The position numbers and the translations under genes were made by a program. Shown here piece by piece: positions 56,894 to 64,000 of a stretch of 64,000 bases of DNA. The stretch lies in contig JAQWDK010000010.1 of assembly GCA_028705495.1 (NCBI GenBank), positions 507 to 64,506 of the forward strand, given 5' to 3'. A model generated the notes under the pieces. It saw nothing but the letters and a program-made list of their open reading frames with translations, made no database searches and had not been told where the DNA came from. Source of the DNA: Eubacteriales bacterium (GTDB taxonomy: Bacteria > Bacillota > Clostridia > Oscillospirales > CAG-382). The number at the start of each line of letters is the position of its first letter. The first letter of the stretch is position 1.

Positions 56894-57391
56894 TTAAATA
56901 GTATATTTAGAGAGAATTCCCGCTACATCATCTTTAGTCAATCTACCATAAACATCATCATTAACAGTGAGGACTGGAGCAAGTCCACAGGCTCCAATGC
57001 AGCGTGTCGCCTCGATGGAATATTTGCCGTCAGCACTCGAACCTCCTTGAGGAATACCGAGAATCTCAGAAATTTTGTTTAATATCTCGCCACTTCCTTT
57101 AACATAACAAGCCGTTCCCAAGCAAACAGAAATTGCATATTTACCTTTGGGGTTGAGAGAGAACTGAGAATAGAACGAAACTATTCCATAAATCTCCTCA
57201 AGAGGTATACCTGTCTCATCGGACACGATTCTCTGGACTTCGATAGGCAGATAGCCATATATTTCTTGGGCTTCCTGCAGTATCGGCATCGTAGAGCCTT
57301 TGATATCTTTGTACTTCTCAATAACTTTTAGGAGCTTTAACTCCTGTTCTTTGGTGCCGTTAAACACGACTGTCGTGAGCTTTTTTTTCAT
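56894..57391 (-). CDS. hydC: NuoE-like [2Fe-2S] subunit of the hydrogenase (HydC/HndA)
   Basis: ISVCLGTACYVKG ... RCIGACGLAP cysteine pattern. 165 aa. Confidence 0.9.
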   Translation of the reverse strand: MKKKLTTVVFNGTKEQELKLLKVIEKYKDIKGSTMPILQEAQEIYGYLPIEVQRIVSDETGIPLEEIYGIVSFYSQFSLNPKGKYAISVCLGTACYVKGSGEILNKISEILGIPQGGSSADGKYSIEATRCIGACGLAPVLTVNDDVYGRLTKDDVAGILSKYTI

Positions 57392-57588
57392 GTAATAAAA
57401 TCCCCCTGTAGCTTTCCCGATAGGTAGTATATTCTAAATGAAGTTTTAGAACAATCGAGAGCTATTATATACAATGCCTAAAAATGACATAATACATCAT
57501 ACTTATAATAATTAACAAGATGACATGTGATTGTTAAGGATGTTTGTGTAAGTGCTTTAGTAGGAATTAACCTTTACCCATCCTTGCT

Positions 57589-57617
57589 ATTATATTACAA
57601 AACTCTGAAGAATTCAA
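57589..57617 (-). promoter_or_regulatory. Sigma-A promoter for the hydrogenase structural operon, giving a ~190-nt 5' UTR
   Basis: On the minus strand: TTGAAT (57617-57612), 17 nt, TATAAT (57594-57589), immediately downstream of the PHP gene stop. Confidence 0.55.
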
Positions 57618-57637
57618 GGGTTACAGAAAAGTAATTA

Positions 57638-58363
57638 TCAAAGTAAAGAATTAATTATAGATTCTGATTTCAAGGGCCATGGTAAGTTATCATCTAAAAT
57701 AAAATATCCGAAAGAATCTCCGAATTTTGAAAGGCAGTGCGAATCAGACCCGAAGAGACTTCTCATTGTTTTAATCTTCTGATGCTTTGTTGATATATTA
57801 ATGAGGTTGTCTGCGTTAGAAAGCTCAAAATATTTAAATGGTGGTTCATCAGGAAATATACCAAGAACAGAAGTAACTGAGAATGACGGTCTATCTATAT
57901 GAGCGGGGTAACAGATTCCACCATACGAATTTATTTTATAAAAGGCTTCAGAAAGCGTTAAAGACGATGCTGAAGAAAGTAAAAGGTCACATTCATAGGT
58001 TTCTGTTTCATTTATGGAATAAATAATTTGGTGACCGAAAATATCAGGCTTATTTTTTATATTTAATAACGTTTTTTCGACAAAACTCGAAAAATCAAGG
58101 GCTGATTCAAGTCGTGGGAATAGGCATATTAGATGGATTTCTTCGGCCGTGCACAATTCCATACCAGCAATTGGGATTATCCCATAATAATTGCATGCAT
58201 GGAAAAAGGCAGGTAAGTTCAGACAAGTGTTGTGGTCTGTTAATGCAACTGCATCAAGACCATTTACCTTTGCCATACCTGCTATGTCAAATGGTGTCAT
58301 ATCATCATCCGCACATGGTGATAGGCAGGAATGAACATGAAAGTCATAAATTAGCTTTTTCAT
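57638..58363 (-). CDS. PHP (polymerase/histidinol phosphatase) domain phosphoesterase
   Basis: DFHVHSCLSPCA, ALTDHNT, YPAHIDR, GSDSH metal-binding motifs. ATG 58363 lies within the GTG 58375 ORF. Confidence 0.8.
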   Translation of the reverse strand: MKKLIYDFHVHSCLSPCADDDMTPFDIAGMAKVNGLDAVALTDHNTCLNLPAFFHACNYYGIIPIAGMELCTAEEIHLICLFPRLESALDFSSFVEKTLLNIKNKPDIFGHQIIYSINETETYECDLLLSSASSLTLSEAFYKINSYGGICYPAHIDRPSFSVTSVLGIFPDEPPFKYFELSNADNLINISTKHQKIKTMRSLFGSDSHCLSKFGDSFGYFILDDNLPWPLKSESIINSLL

Positions 58364-58676
58364 GAATCGAAACACAAAGCTCGTAAACAGAAGCGCAAGA
58401 TCTAAGCATATTTACTCCTTTTACTGACGCAATAGCAATAATTTCATCTGAGATTTCAGCATTTTCAGCGATGATAACACAAGCTGCATCGACAAGAGAT
58501 GCAACAGCGCAAACATTAACATTTGTCATAATTGTTATCCAAGCACAACCGCTTTCAGCTCTTCCCATTACCCAGCTGAGAAGGTCGCCCGTGTAGATGT
58601 TTTCAACTAATCGCTCGCCGTCAGGCAGTGAGAGGATTTCACAATTCAATGTACTTGCAAGCTCGTTTACATTCAT
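58344..58676 (-). CDS. DRTGG domain protein (copy 2)
   Basis: About 110 aa and a paralogue of the 60451..60816 protein: MNVNELASTLNCEIL vs MKIKEIVRLLEADVL, and GDLLSWVM vs SDMMSDVL. Start chosen by alignment with the paralogue. Confidence 0.7.
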   Translation of the reverse strand: MNVNELASTLNCEILSLPDGERLVENIYTGDLLSWVMGRAESGCAWITIMTNVNVCAVASLVDAACVIIAENAEISDEIIAIASVKGVNMLRSCASVYELCVSIHEKANL

Positions 58677-58699
58677 ATACAAATTCCTGCTTTCGTTTT

Positions 58700-59992
58700 T
58701 CAAAAACAACCTTCGCTTTCGGGAAGCTGTTTAATCTTTTCTCTCATCTTTATTATACATTCTATCTCATGTGCGTCACCCTTTACGATATCTTCAGCAA
58801 AGGTGTGACAAGTAGGTGCACCACATGAACCGCAATCAAGGCAGGGAAGTCTTGATGCGATGTCCTCGATTTCAGCAAGTTTTCGCATAGCTTCGGTGCG
58901 ATCTGATGATAAAGCTGAAACGGGGTTATATGTAACTGCTTCTTTTACAAGGATCTCATCCGGTACAAAACAATCGCTTTTAGCATGATAATTTTCTATT
59001 CTATTACAGGAGATCGGAAGGTATCTTCTTAAATTTTGTAACCTTGCTTTAGCTATAAAGGGGTTCTCTACAGTAAGAACACCACCTACACAACCACTTG
59101 TGCAAGCGTTAAGTTCAACAAATTCGAGATCGGGAAAATTACCTGTTTCAAGCTGATCCAGCACCTTAATAACGTTTTCTATACCATCAGCAGCCAGATA
59201 ACGATCGTTAAAAAGCGAAGTAGCTTCACCACCGGTAGATGCCCAGCTTATTCCGATAACACCTGTTTTTGAGGAGGTTTTAGGGATATGCTGTTTTTTC
59301 ATAACCGATAATAGTTCAAAATAAATTTCATTCATTGATAAGACAAAATCTACGCAACCTTTAACCGAATAGAAACCGTTTTTTATGTAGCTTATCTTTG
59401 CAGGACAAGGAGAAATAAAAACTGTACAAATATCTTCTTCTTTTAAATCAGGGTGTTCTAAGAGAGCTCTTTCTTTAGCTTTGATACCCGCGATTTCCAT
59501 TGGCGACATTATAGGCATGATGTTGTTACAAAGGTAAGGGAACCTCATACTAATGAGTCTAACAACTACAGGGCAAGCAGAACTGATTACCGGACGTTTA
59601 ATTGCTGGCGTTTTTAAATAGTGGCGTGTATATTCGGACACAATTTCAGCAGCTCTTGCAACTTCATATACATCATCAAAACCGATATCAAGGAGTCCTT
59701 GTAAGACATAGTCAATGTCATCAAGGTTATCAAATTGACCGTAGAGAGAAGGTGCCGGAAGCGCAATTTTCCACTTATAGTTCATCACACTGTCAAGCTT
59801 ATCGAAAACAGCGGTTTTTGCCTTATATGGGCATACTCTTATGCATTCGCCACAGTCAATACAGCGTTCAGAATTGATTTGTGCATGACCGTCTCTTACC
59901 CTAATCGCTTCAGTTGGGCATCTTTTAAGGCAATTTGTGCAACCCTTGCATTTTTCTAAGTTCAGTAGAACTGAATGATTGTATTTATTCAT
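58700..59992 (-). CDS. HydS-like putative sensory [FeFe]-hydrogenase (2x[4Fe-4S] + H-cluster domain + C-terminal Cys motif)
   Basis: CKGCTNCLKRCP / CIDCGECIRVCP. H-domain motifs SSACP (L1 with Ala at the proton-relay position), SPCPAK (L2), ELNACTSGCVGG (L3). C-terminal CLDCGSCGAPTC. Confidence 0.8.
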   Translation of the reverse strand: MNKYNHSVLLNLEKCKGCTNCLKRCPTEAIRVRDGHAQINSERCIDCGECIRVCPYKAKTAVFDKLDSVMNYKWKIALPAPSLYGQFDNLDDIDYVLQGLLDIGFDDVYEVARAAEIVSEYTRHYLKTPAIKRPVISSACPVVVRLISMRFPYLCNNIMPIMSPMEIAGIKAKERALLEHPDLKEEDICTVFISPCPAKISYIKNGFYSVKGCVDFVLSMNEIYFELLSVMKKQHIPKTSSKTGVIGISWASTGGEATSLFNDRYLAADGIENVIKVLDQLETGNFPDLEFVELNACTSGCVGGVLTVENPFIAKARLQNLRRYLPISCNRIENYHAKSDCFVPDEILVKEAVTYNPVSALSSDRTEAMRKLAEIEDIASRLPCLDCGSCGAPTCHTFAEDIVKGDAHEIECIIKMREKIKQLPESEGCF

Positions 59993-59996
59993 GGCA

Positions 59997-60419
59997 TCAT
60001 ATATTTACCGTCATGGTTATTCTTGTACCGACACCAAGTTCGGTTTGAATAGCCATCGTATCGGTGTACCTTTTCATATTTGGCAATCCCATTCCAGCAC
60101 CAAAACCTAAAGAGCGTATATTATCCGGTGCTGTTGAAAAGCCTTCTTGCATAGCAAGGTCTATATTGGGGATCCCCGGACCGTGGTCGTCGAGAATTAT
60201 TTCAATTCGATCGTTTTTTACAACAACCTCAGCTTTCCCACCATGAGCGTGAATGACCATGTTAATCTCACCTTCATACATTGCGATGGAAACGCGCCTT
60301 ATGATTTCTGGGGCAAAACCAAGCTGTCTTAGTTTCTTCTTGACTGAAACCGAAGCTTCACCGGCTGAAGTAAAATTACTGCCATCTATTTCGTATCTGA
60401 AAATCAACTGTTCGTCCAT
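59997..60419 (-). CDS. Anti-sigma-factor-type Ser/Thr protein kinase (SpoIIAB/RsbW-like HATPase)
   Basis: 140 aa. YEGEINMVIHA (N-box), DDHGPGI (G1), GFGAGMGLPNM (G2). Confidence 0.8.
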   Translation of the reverse strand: MDEQLIFRYEIDGSNFTSAGEASVSVKKKLRQLGFAPEIIRRVSIAMYEGEINMVIHAHGGKAEVVVKNDRIEIILDDHGPGIPNIDLAMQEGFSTAPDNIRSLGFGAGMGLPNMKRYTDTMAIQTELGVGTRITMTVNI

Positions 60420-60450
60420 AATGAGCTTGCGCCTTTCAAGGTGTTATCTT

Positions 60451-60816
60451 TCAATCAGTATTTGCGGGTTTTGTGCATCCGCCAATAAGACCCGCGGTGT
60501 AAAGTCTGCCGCAGGCTTCATACATGCGTTCGGCGGTTGCCAAAAGAACAATACCATTCTCCTCAGCAAGCGAAAGAACCTCCTGACCCGGTCTTTTATT
60601 TCTAACGAAAACAATGCATCGCATATCCATCATTTCAGCGGTTCTCACTACCTGTTGATTAAGAAGACCTGTTAAAAGCACACCTTGATCCTTTACAAAA
60701 GCAAGAACATCACTCATCATATCACTACCGCAAGCAGAATAAACATCGCTATCAAGCAGATTTTCACATGTCAGAACATCAGCCTCGAGTAGTCGGACTA
60801 TTTCCTTTATTTTCAT
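60451..60816 (-). CDS. DRTGG domain protein (copy 1)
   Basis: 121 aa, with LLTGLLNQQVVRTAEMMD and IVLLAT segments typical of DRTGG. First gene of the module. Confidence 0.7.
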   Translation of the reverse strand: MKIKEIVRLLEADVLTCENLLDSDVYSACGSDMMSDVLAFVKDQGVLLTGLLNQQVVRTAEMMDMRCIVFVRNKRPGQEVLSLAEENGIVLLATAERMYEACGRLYTAGLIGGCTKPANTD

Positions 60817-60862
60817 ATATGACCATTCCTTTCGAAAAAATCGGGAAAATTTATCTCAATTC

Positions 60863-60891
60863 ATTATAATAAATAAAGTAGTAAAAGTAAA
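60863..60891 (-). promoter_or_regulatory. Sigma-A promoter for the DRTGG-kinase-HydS module
   Basis: On the minus strand: TTTACT, 17 nt, TATAAT. Confidence 0.5.
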
Positions 60892-60937
60892 CAGTAAATT
60901 AATGAAATGAGCATGCATTTATAAATTTATATAAAAC

Positions 60938-60969
60938 AAAGGAACGCTTTGAAATTCTTCAAAGCGTTC
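60938..60969 (-). terminator. Rho-independent terminator downstream of tRNA-Thr
   Basis: gaacgctttgaa / ttcaaagcgttc, a 12-bp stem, followed on the minus strand by cuuuguuuua. Confidence 0.75.
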
Positions 60970-61045
60970 TGGAGCTACTGATGTGACTCGAACACACGAC
61001 CTGCTGATTACGAATCAGCTGCTCTACCGGCTGAGCTACAGTAGC
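60970..61045 (-). tRNA. tRNA-Thr (anticodon CGU), CCA encoded
   Basis: The reverse complement folds as a cloverleaf. Acceptor GCTACTG/CAGTAGC, D arm GCTC-AGCCGGTA-GAGC, anticodon arm GCTGA-TTCGTAA-TCAGC, T arm GTGTG-TTCGAGT-CACAT, discriminator T, 3' CCA. Confidence 0.93.
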
Positions 61046-61066
61046 AAAACATAGCCGACGAGCGTT

Positions 61067-61095
61067 ATTATATCAAATATCAACCGTAGTGTCAA
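61067..61095 (-). promoter_or_regulatory. Consensus sigma-A promoter for tRNA-Thr
   Basis: On the minus strand: TTGACA (61095-61090), 17 nt, TATAAT (61072-61067), about 20 nt upstream of the tRNA 5' end. Confidence 0.7.
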
Positions 61096-61118
61096 GACGA
61101 TTTTTTGTCAGTGAACAG

Positions 61119-63728
61119 CTATTCGACATTGATATTTACAGTGAATGAAATTTCAAAACCGTCAATAAATTTCGCTACAGCGCAGAAATAATCCTGCCCT
61201 TCAAAACCTTTTAGAGCTCTATAGCTATACGTTCCGTTTGGGTTCATCTCGATATTACCGTATTTCGGTGAAACGGAAAGTGAGATTTCATAACCACTTG
61301 CATTTTCTAATGTTAGTTTTCCTGTATGTTTTTTGTCAGTTACAGCTATGATAACCGTCATATCTTTCAAATCACTATGGTTGCAATAGGAAATATAACT
61401 ATAATTTTTATCAAGTAATCCTTTTGAAAACAGATAGGTATCCTTATATACCGATGCAGTGTATGGATCCGGATCATTCATAGCATTAGTGATTTCAGAA
61501 GGGATCACATTGTGATAATAAACCTTAACTGCGTCCATATAACCGTATTTAACACCGTATTCGAGATACCGTTTATATCTTACAATATTCGTAAGATTAG
61601 TATATGTGTTAATTTCAAGCTCAACGCTCATTCCGTGAAGCCTTGCTTGATACGCTGTTGTCACAAGTCTTTCCGCATCTGAAGTGTAATCAAAAGCATA
61701 ATTTGGTTGCAGGCATGCGAGATCAAATCCAAAATCCTTCCAAAGGTCAAAGGATTGAGCGCGGTAATATGGAATCCAAATAATTTTATAACCCTTTGAA
61801 TGAACATAATCTCTTATATACTCAAAAGCTTCAACCTCAAAAGGATCAGCAGAATTAATAAATTCTTCTTGCCAGTAGAAACCTACAAGGTTGATTTTAT
61901 CAAGGTTAGCATCATCAAGCATCTCTAACTGAGTGTCAACCATCCACTTGAGCGCCTTCTTGCGATTTTCAACTTTGTCCAATGGGTCATCCTTACCATC
62001 GCCATCTATATCACCGAAGGTGTTTACAACTCCATCTGAAACATAAGGTACAGGCCTTAACAGTGACATAAATATGTTTGCTTTATAATCATTTTTATCA
62101 AGAGCCTCAGATACTATTTTTATAGCATCGTTTAGTGCAAGAATGTTTGTTCCTTCAATAAACTGACTGTTCAGATAAAATTTCCAGCCATCAAACCTTA
62201 TTCTGTCTTCAGCTTTTGTAAAACCTGAGCAGGGAGAGAACAAATAGGTATTAATAAATGTATCCTTAATTTCACCGTTTTCATAATAACCTACATAAGG
62301 CAAAAATTCTTCGACAGTAACCATACCGAGATCGTCATATATTACCCCATCGCCAATACAAACCGGAGTGCACATTATATTGTCAATACCACTAAACTCT
62401 TCAGGAGTTTTGAAACTATCGCTCAGCTTTGTTATATCAGGCAAATTGGGATTAGGATTTTTTGCAGCGGATGGAATCGATTTTGTTCCGAATATTTCTA
62501 TTTCCCCAACTGCTCTGAAAGCAGGACTAAGAAAAGTGACTTTAATAAACCGAGCTTTAAAGACTCCTTCGAAATTAGCAGTAAATCTGCAACTCTGAGC
62601 ATCTTTAGCTTTGTCGTAAGTCACCTCAGCGCTTCCAATACCTTGCCAATCGTAGCCGTTGACACTTGCGCTGAAACCAACAGCAGTTGCTGGGTAGACA
62701 CCCCAGGAAATATGGGCTATGAATTCACCCGATGCAGATTCAACCGCAGAAATTTTTTCGAGGTCAATGATAATAGACCGACCATCTCCTCTTGTGAAGC
62801 GGAAAACATTAGGGTTATCCCAAGCGGGTCCGTTAACATACTTTCCATCATTAATTTTAGCTGCGTTCTCAATTGGACTGTTTAAAGAAGCAATGCAGTC
62901 GTCCTCTAAAAGGGAGGTAAATGCAGATATATATACTGGTTTATTCAAAGCAAGATTTTGTTTTTCGTTAAAATCCTTTTCGCTTTTGTCCCAATAAACA
63001 TCAGCAGCTTCGGATAAATTAAAGGACGGATAATAATCAAAAACCTTTTCAGCACCGTCAGTTGTGTTTTCAGATGAATAAGTATATGCTGATATTTCGT
63101 CGACAAAAATAAACCCGCCCTGAGTTCTTGCAAACACCAATTTCATATACTGCGCTGAAACCGAGTTTTGCATGTAAAAATTATAACTATATCGCCTGAC
63201 ATCCTTGATCTGAGAAGGTTTTTCTACTCTACTCACTCTTGTGTAATCAGTGCCGTCGTTGGAAAAGTAAAGCTCGGCATAGTCCGGTAAACCAATGCCA
63301 TAATCAAGCTGAGAAAGTAATCCAATCTCAACATCGGCTATATCACTTTTCTTTTCCCCAAAATCAAAAACAATCTCTACTCTGCTTTTGTTGACAAAAC
63401 CGACCCAGTTATATGTATCAAAACCGCCTACAGCGATTCCATCGGTAAGCATCCCACCTCTGTCTACGTACGAACCGTTATCGCCTGAATCAACAGACGA
63501 CTTGTAGGGAACGCCTTTTAAAAAGTTTGAACGAGTGAGAGTTCGGTCTATATCACCAACTAGCATATTATTGATTGCCTTGACAGCATGCGGAACTACA
63601 TACTCTGAAGGTGTAGAAAAGTCTGATTCCGCTGAAACGCTTAACGATTCGTCGTTTATATCACGTTGACAAGAAGCACAGGTAACTAATAATATAATCA
63701 GAAGGATAATTGCAACAAATTTTTTCAT
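61119..63728 (-). CDS. Large exported lipoprotein: two discoidin/F5-8C-like modules + TIM-barrel-like domain (DUF4855-like) + C-terminal Ig-like domain
   Basis: Lipobox VTCASCQ. LVGFYWQEEF and IIWIPYY segments resemble DUF4855 from memory. The domain name is not verified. Confidence 0.45.
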   Translation of the reverse strand: MKKFVAIILLIILLVTCASCQRDINDESLSVSAESDFSTPSEYVVPHAVKAINNMLVGDIDRTLTRSNFLKGVPYKSSVDSGDNGSYVDRGGMLTDGIAVGGFDTYNWVGFVNKSRVEIVFDFGEKKSDIADVEIGLLSQLDYGIGLPDYAELYFSNDGTDYTRVSRVEKPSQIKDVRRYSYNFYMQNSVSAQYMKLVFARTQGGFIFVDEISAYTYSSENTTDGAEKVFDYYPSFNLSEAADVYWDKSEKDFNEKQNLALNKPVYISAFTSLLEDDCIASLNSPIENAAKINDGKYVNGPAWDNPNVFRFTRGDGRSIIIDLEKISAVESASGEFIAHISWGVYPATAVGFSASVNGYDWQGIGSAEVTYDKAKDAQSCRFTANFEGVFKARFIKVTFLSPAFRAVGEIEIFGTKSIPSAAKNPNPNLPDITKLSDSFKTPEEFSGIDNIMCTPVCIGDGVIYDDLGMVTVEEFLPYVGYYENGEIKDTFINTYLFSPCSGFTKAEDRIRFDGWKFYLNSQFIEGTNILALNDAIKIVSEALDKNDYKANIFMSLLRPVPYVSDGVVNTFGDIDGDGKDDPLDKVENRKKALKWMVDTQLEMLDDANLDKINLVGFYWQEEFINSADPFEVEAFEYIRDYVHSKGYKIIWIPYYRAQSFDLWKDFGFDLACLQPNYAFDYTSDAERLVTTAYQARLHGMSVELEINTYTNLTNIVRYKRYLEYGVKYGYMDAVKVYYHNVIPSEITNAMNDPDPYTASVYKDTYLFSKGLLDKNYSYISYCNHSDLKDMTVIIAVTDKKHTGKLTLENASGYEISLSVSPKYGNIEMNPNGTYSYRALKGFEGQDYFCAVAKFIDGFEISFTVNINVE

Positions 63729-63739
63729 AAAGATTTGCC

Positions 63740-64000
63740 CTATTTGCTTTTTAGTCTTGATTTAATTTTTGATACAAGAACGATAGAAAGCACGAGCATG
63801 ATGATTGCTGCAAACATTATAACGCCGCCCCACCATGAAGGTTCATCAAAGAAATGCTCAAGTTTTATATAACCGAACTGTCCGAGTGGTAAAATTGCAA
63901 GAACAATTATTGCGACGGTCATTATTGCATATGACATAAACTTCATTATCCGATAACCGGTTATAAGCGATTTTATGTTTTTGCTCTGTGTTTCAATAAT
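63740..64000 (-). CDS. Membrane protein, probably the 3' end of a longer gene that starts beyond the window
   Basis: The frame of the 68-aa ORF (63740..63946) stays open upstream to nt 64000 (..IIETQSKNIKSLITGYRI-MKFMSY..). Two TMs. Confidence 0.4.
   Translation of the reverse strand: MIETQSKNIKSLITGYRIMKFMSYAIMTVAIIVLAILPLGQFGYIKLEHFFDEPSWWGGVIMFAAIIMLVLSIVLVSKIKSRLKSK

Noticed and set aside
57536-57585. AAGGATG ... CATCCTT hairpin in the hydrogenase leader as a riboswitch.
   Set aside because: It is only a 7-bp stem with a 36-nt unstructured loop. The predicted TSS falls inside the 5' arm. It bears no resemblance to a known class, so it is mentioned only as part of the long leader.
1-64000. 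CRISPR arrays, rRNA operons, IS elements, prophage genes, retron or DGR reverse transcriptases.
   Set aside because: No regularly spaced direct repeats and no transposase, integrase or RT motifs were found in any long ORF. Every intergenic region longer than 150 nt is accounted for by promoters, terminators, the T-box or the shared leader.

Overview
This 64 kb window looks like a low-GC Firmicutes chromosome, probably an anaerobic Clostridia (Oscillospiraceae/Ruminococcaceae-like); the taxon is a guess from gene content only. It is densely coding, with no rRNA, no CRISPR array and no recognisable IS, transposon or prophage.

Housekeeping blocks:
- greA-lysS
- ftsE-ftsX-M23 peptidase-ctpA
- rsmE
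- ackA and tmcAL (divergent)
- uvrB-uvrA followed by a TIGR03960/TIGR03936 radical-SAM pair
- proC, xerD and one tRNA-Thr(CGU)

Accessory and envelope content:
- two paralogous orphan solute-binding lipoproteins
- two paralogous ADP-ribosylglycohydrolase-fold proteins, one cytoplasmic and one exported with PKD and discoidin-like domains
- a YfhO-type membrane glycosyltransferase operon
- two tandem class B sortases with long N-terminal extensions
- a patatin-like lipase
- a polysaccharide deacetylase
- a DUF4855-like lipoprotein

Energy metabolism: a five-gene NuoE/NuoF-type [FeFe]-hydrogenase operon sits downstream of a five-gene module (DRTGG, anti-sigma-type kinase, HydS-like sensory hydrogenase, DRTGG, PHP phosphoesterase).

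Most interesting signals:
1. A clear T-box leader, apparently with an Ile (AUC) specifier, controls an XRE-cupin-acyl-CoA synthetase fusion rather than a tRNA synthetase or amino-acid biosynthesis or transport gene.
2. A ~95-nt promoter/leader module with a 22-nt perfect core occurs twice in inverted orientation 19.6 kb apart, in front of a MATE transporter and the YfhO operon.
3. The sensory-hydrogenase module has no DNA-binding output domain.
4. The catalytic HydA carries a non-canonical L1 motif.

All functional calls come from reading motifs in the supplied translations. No database search was run.
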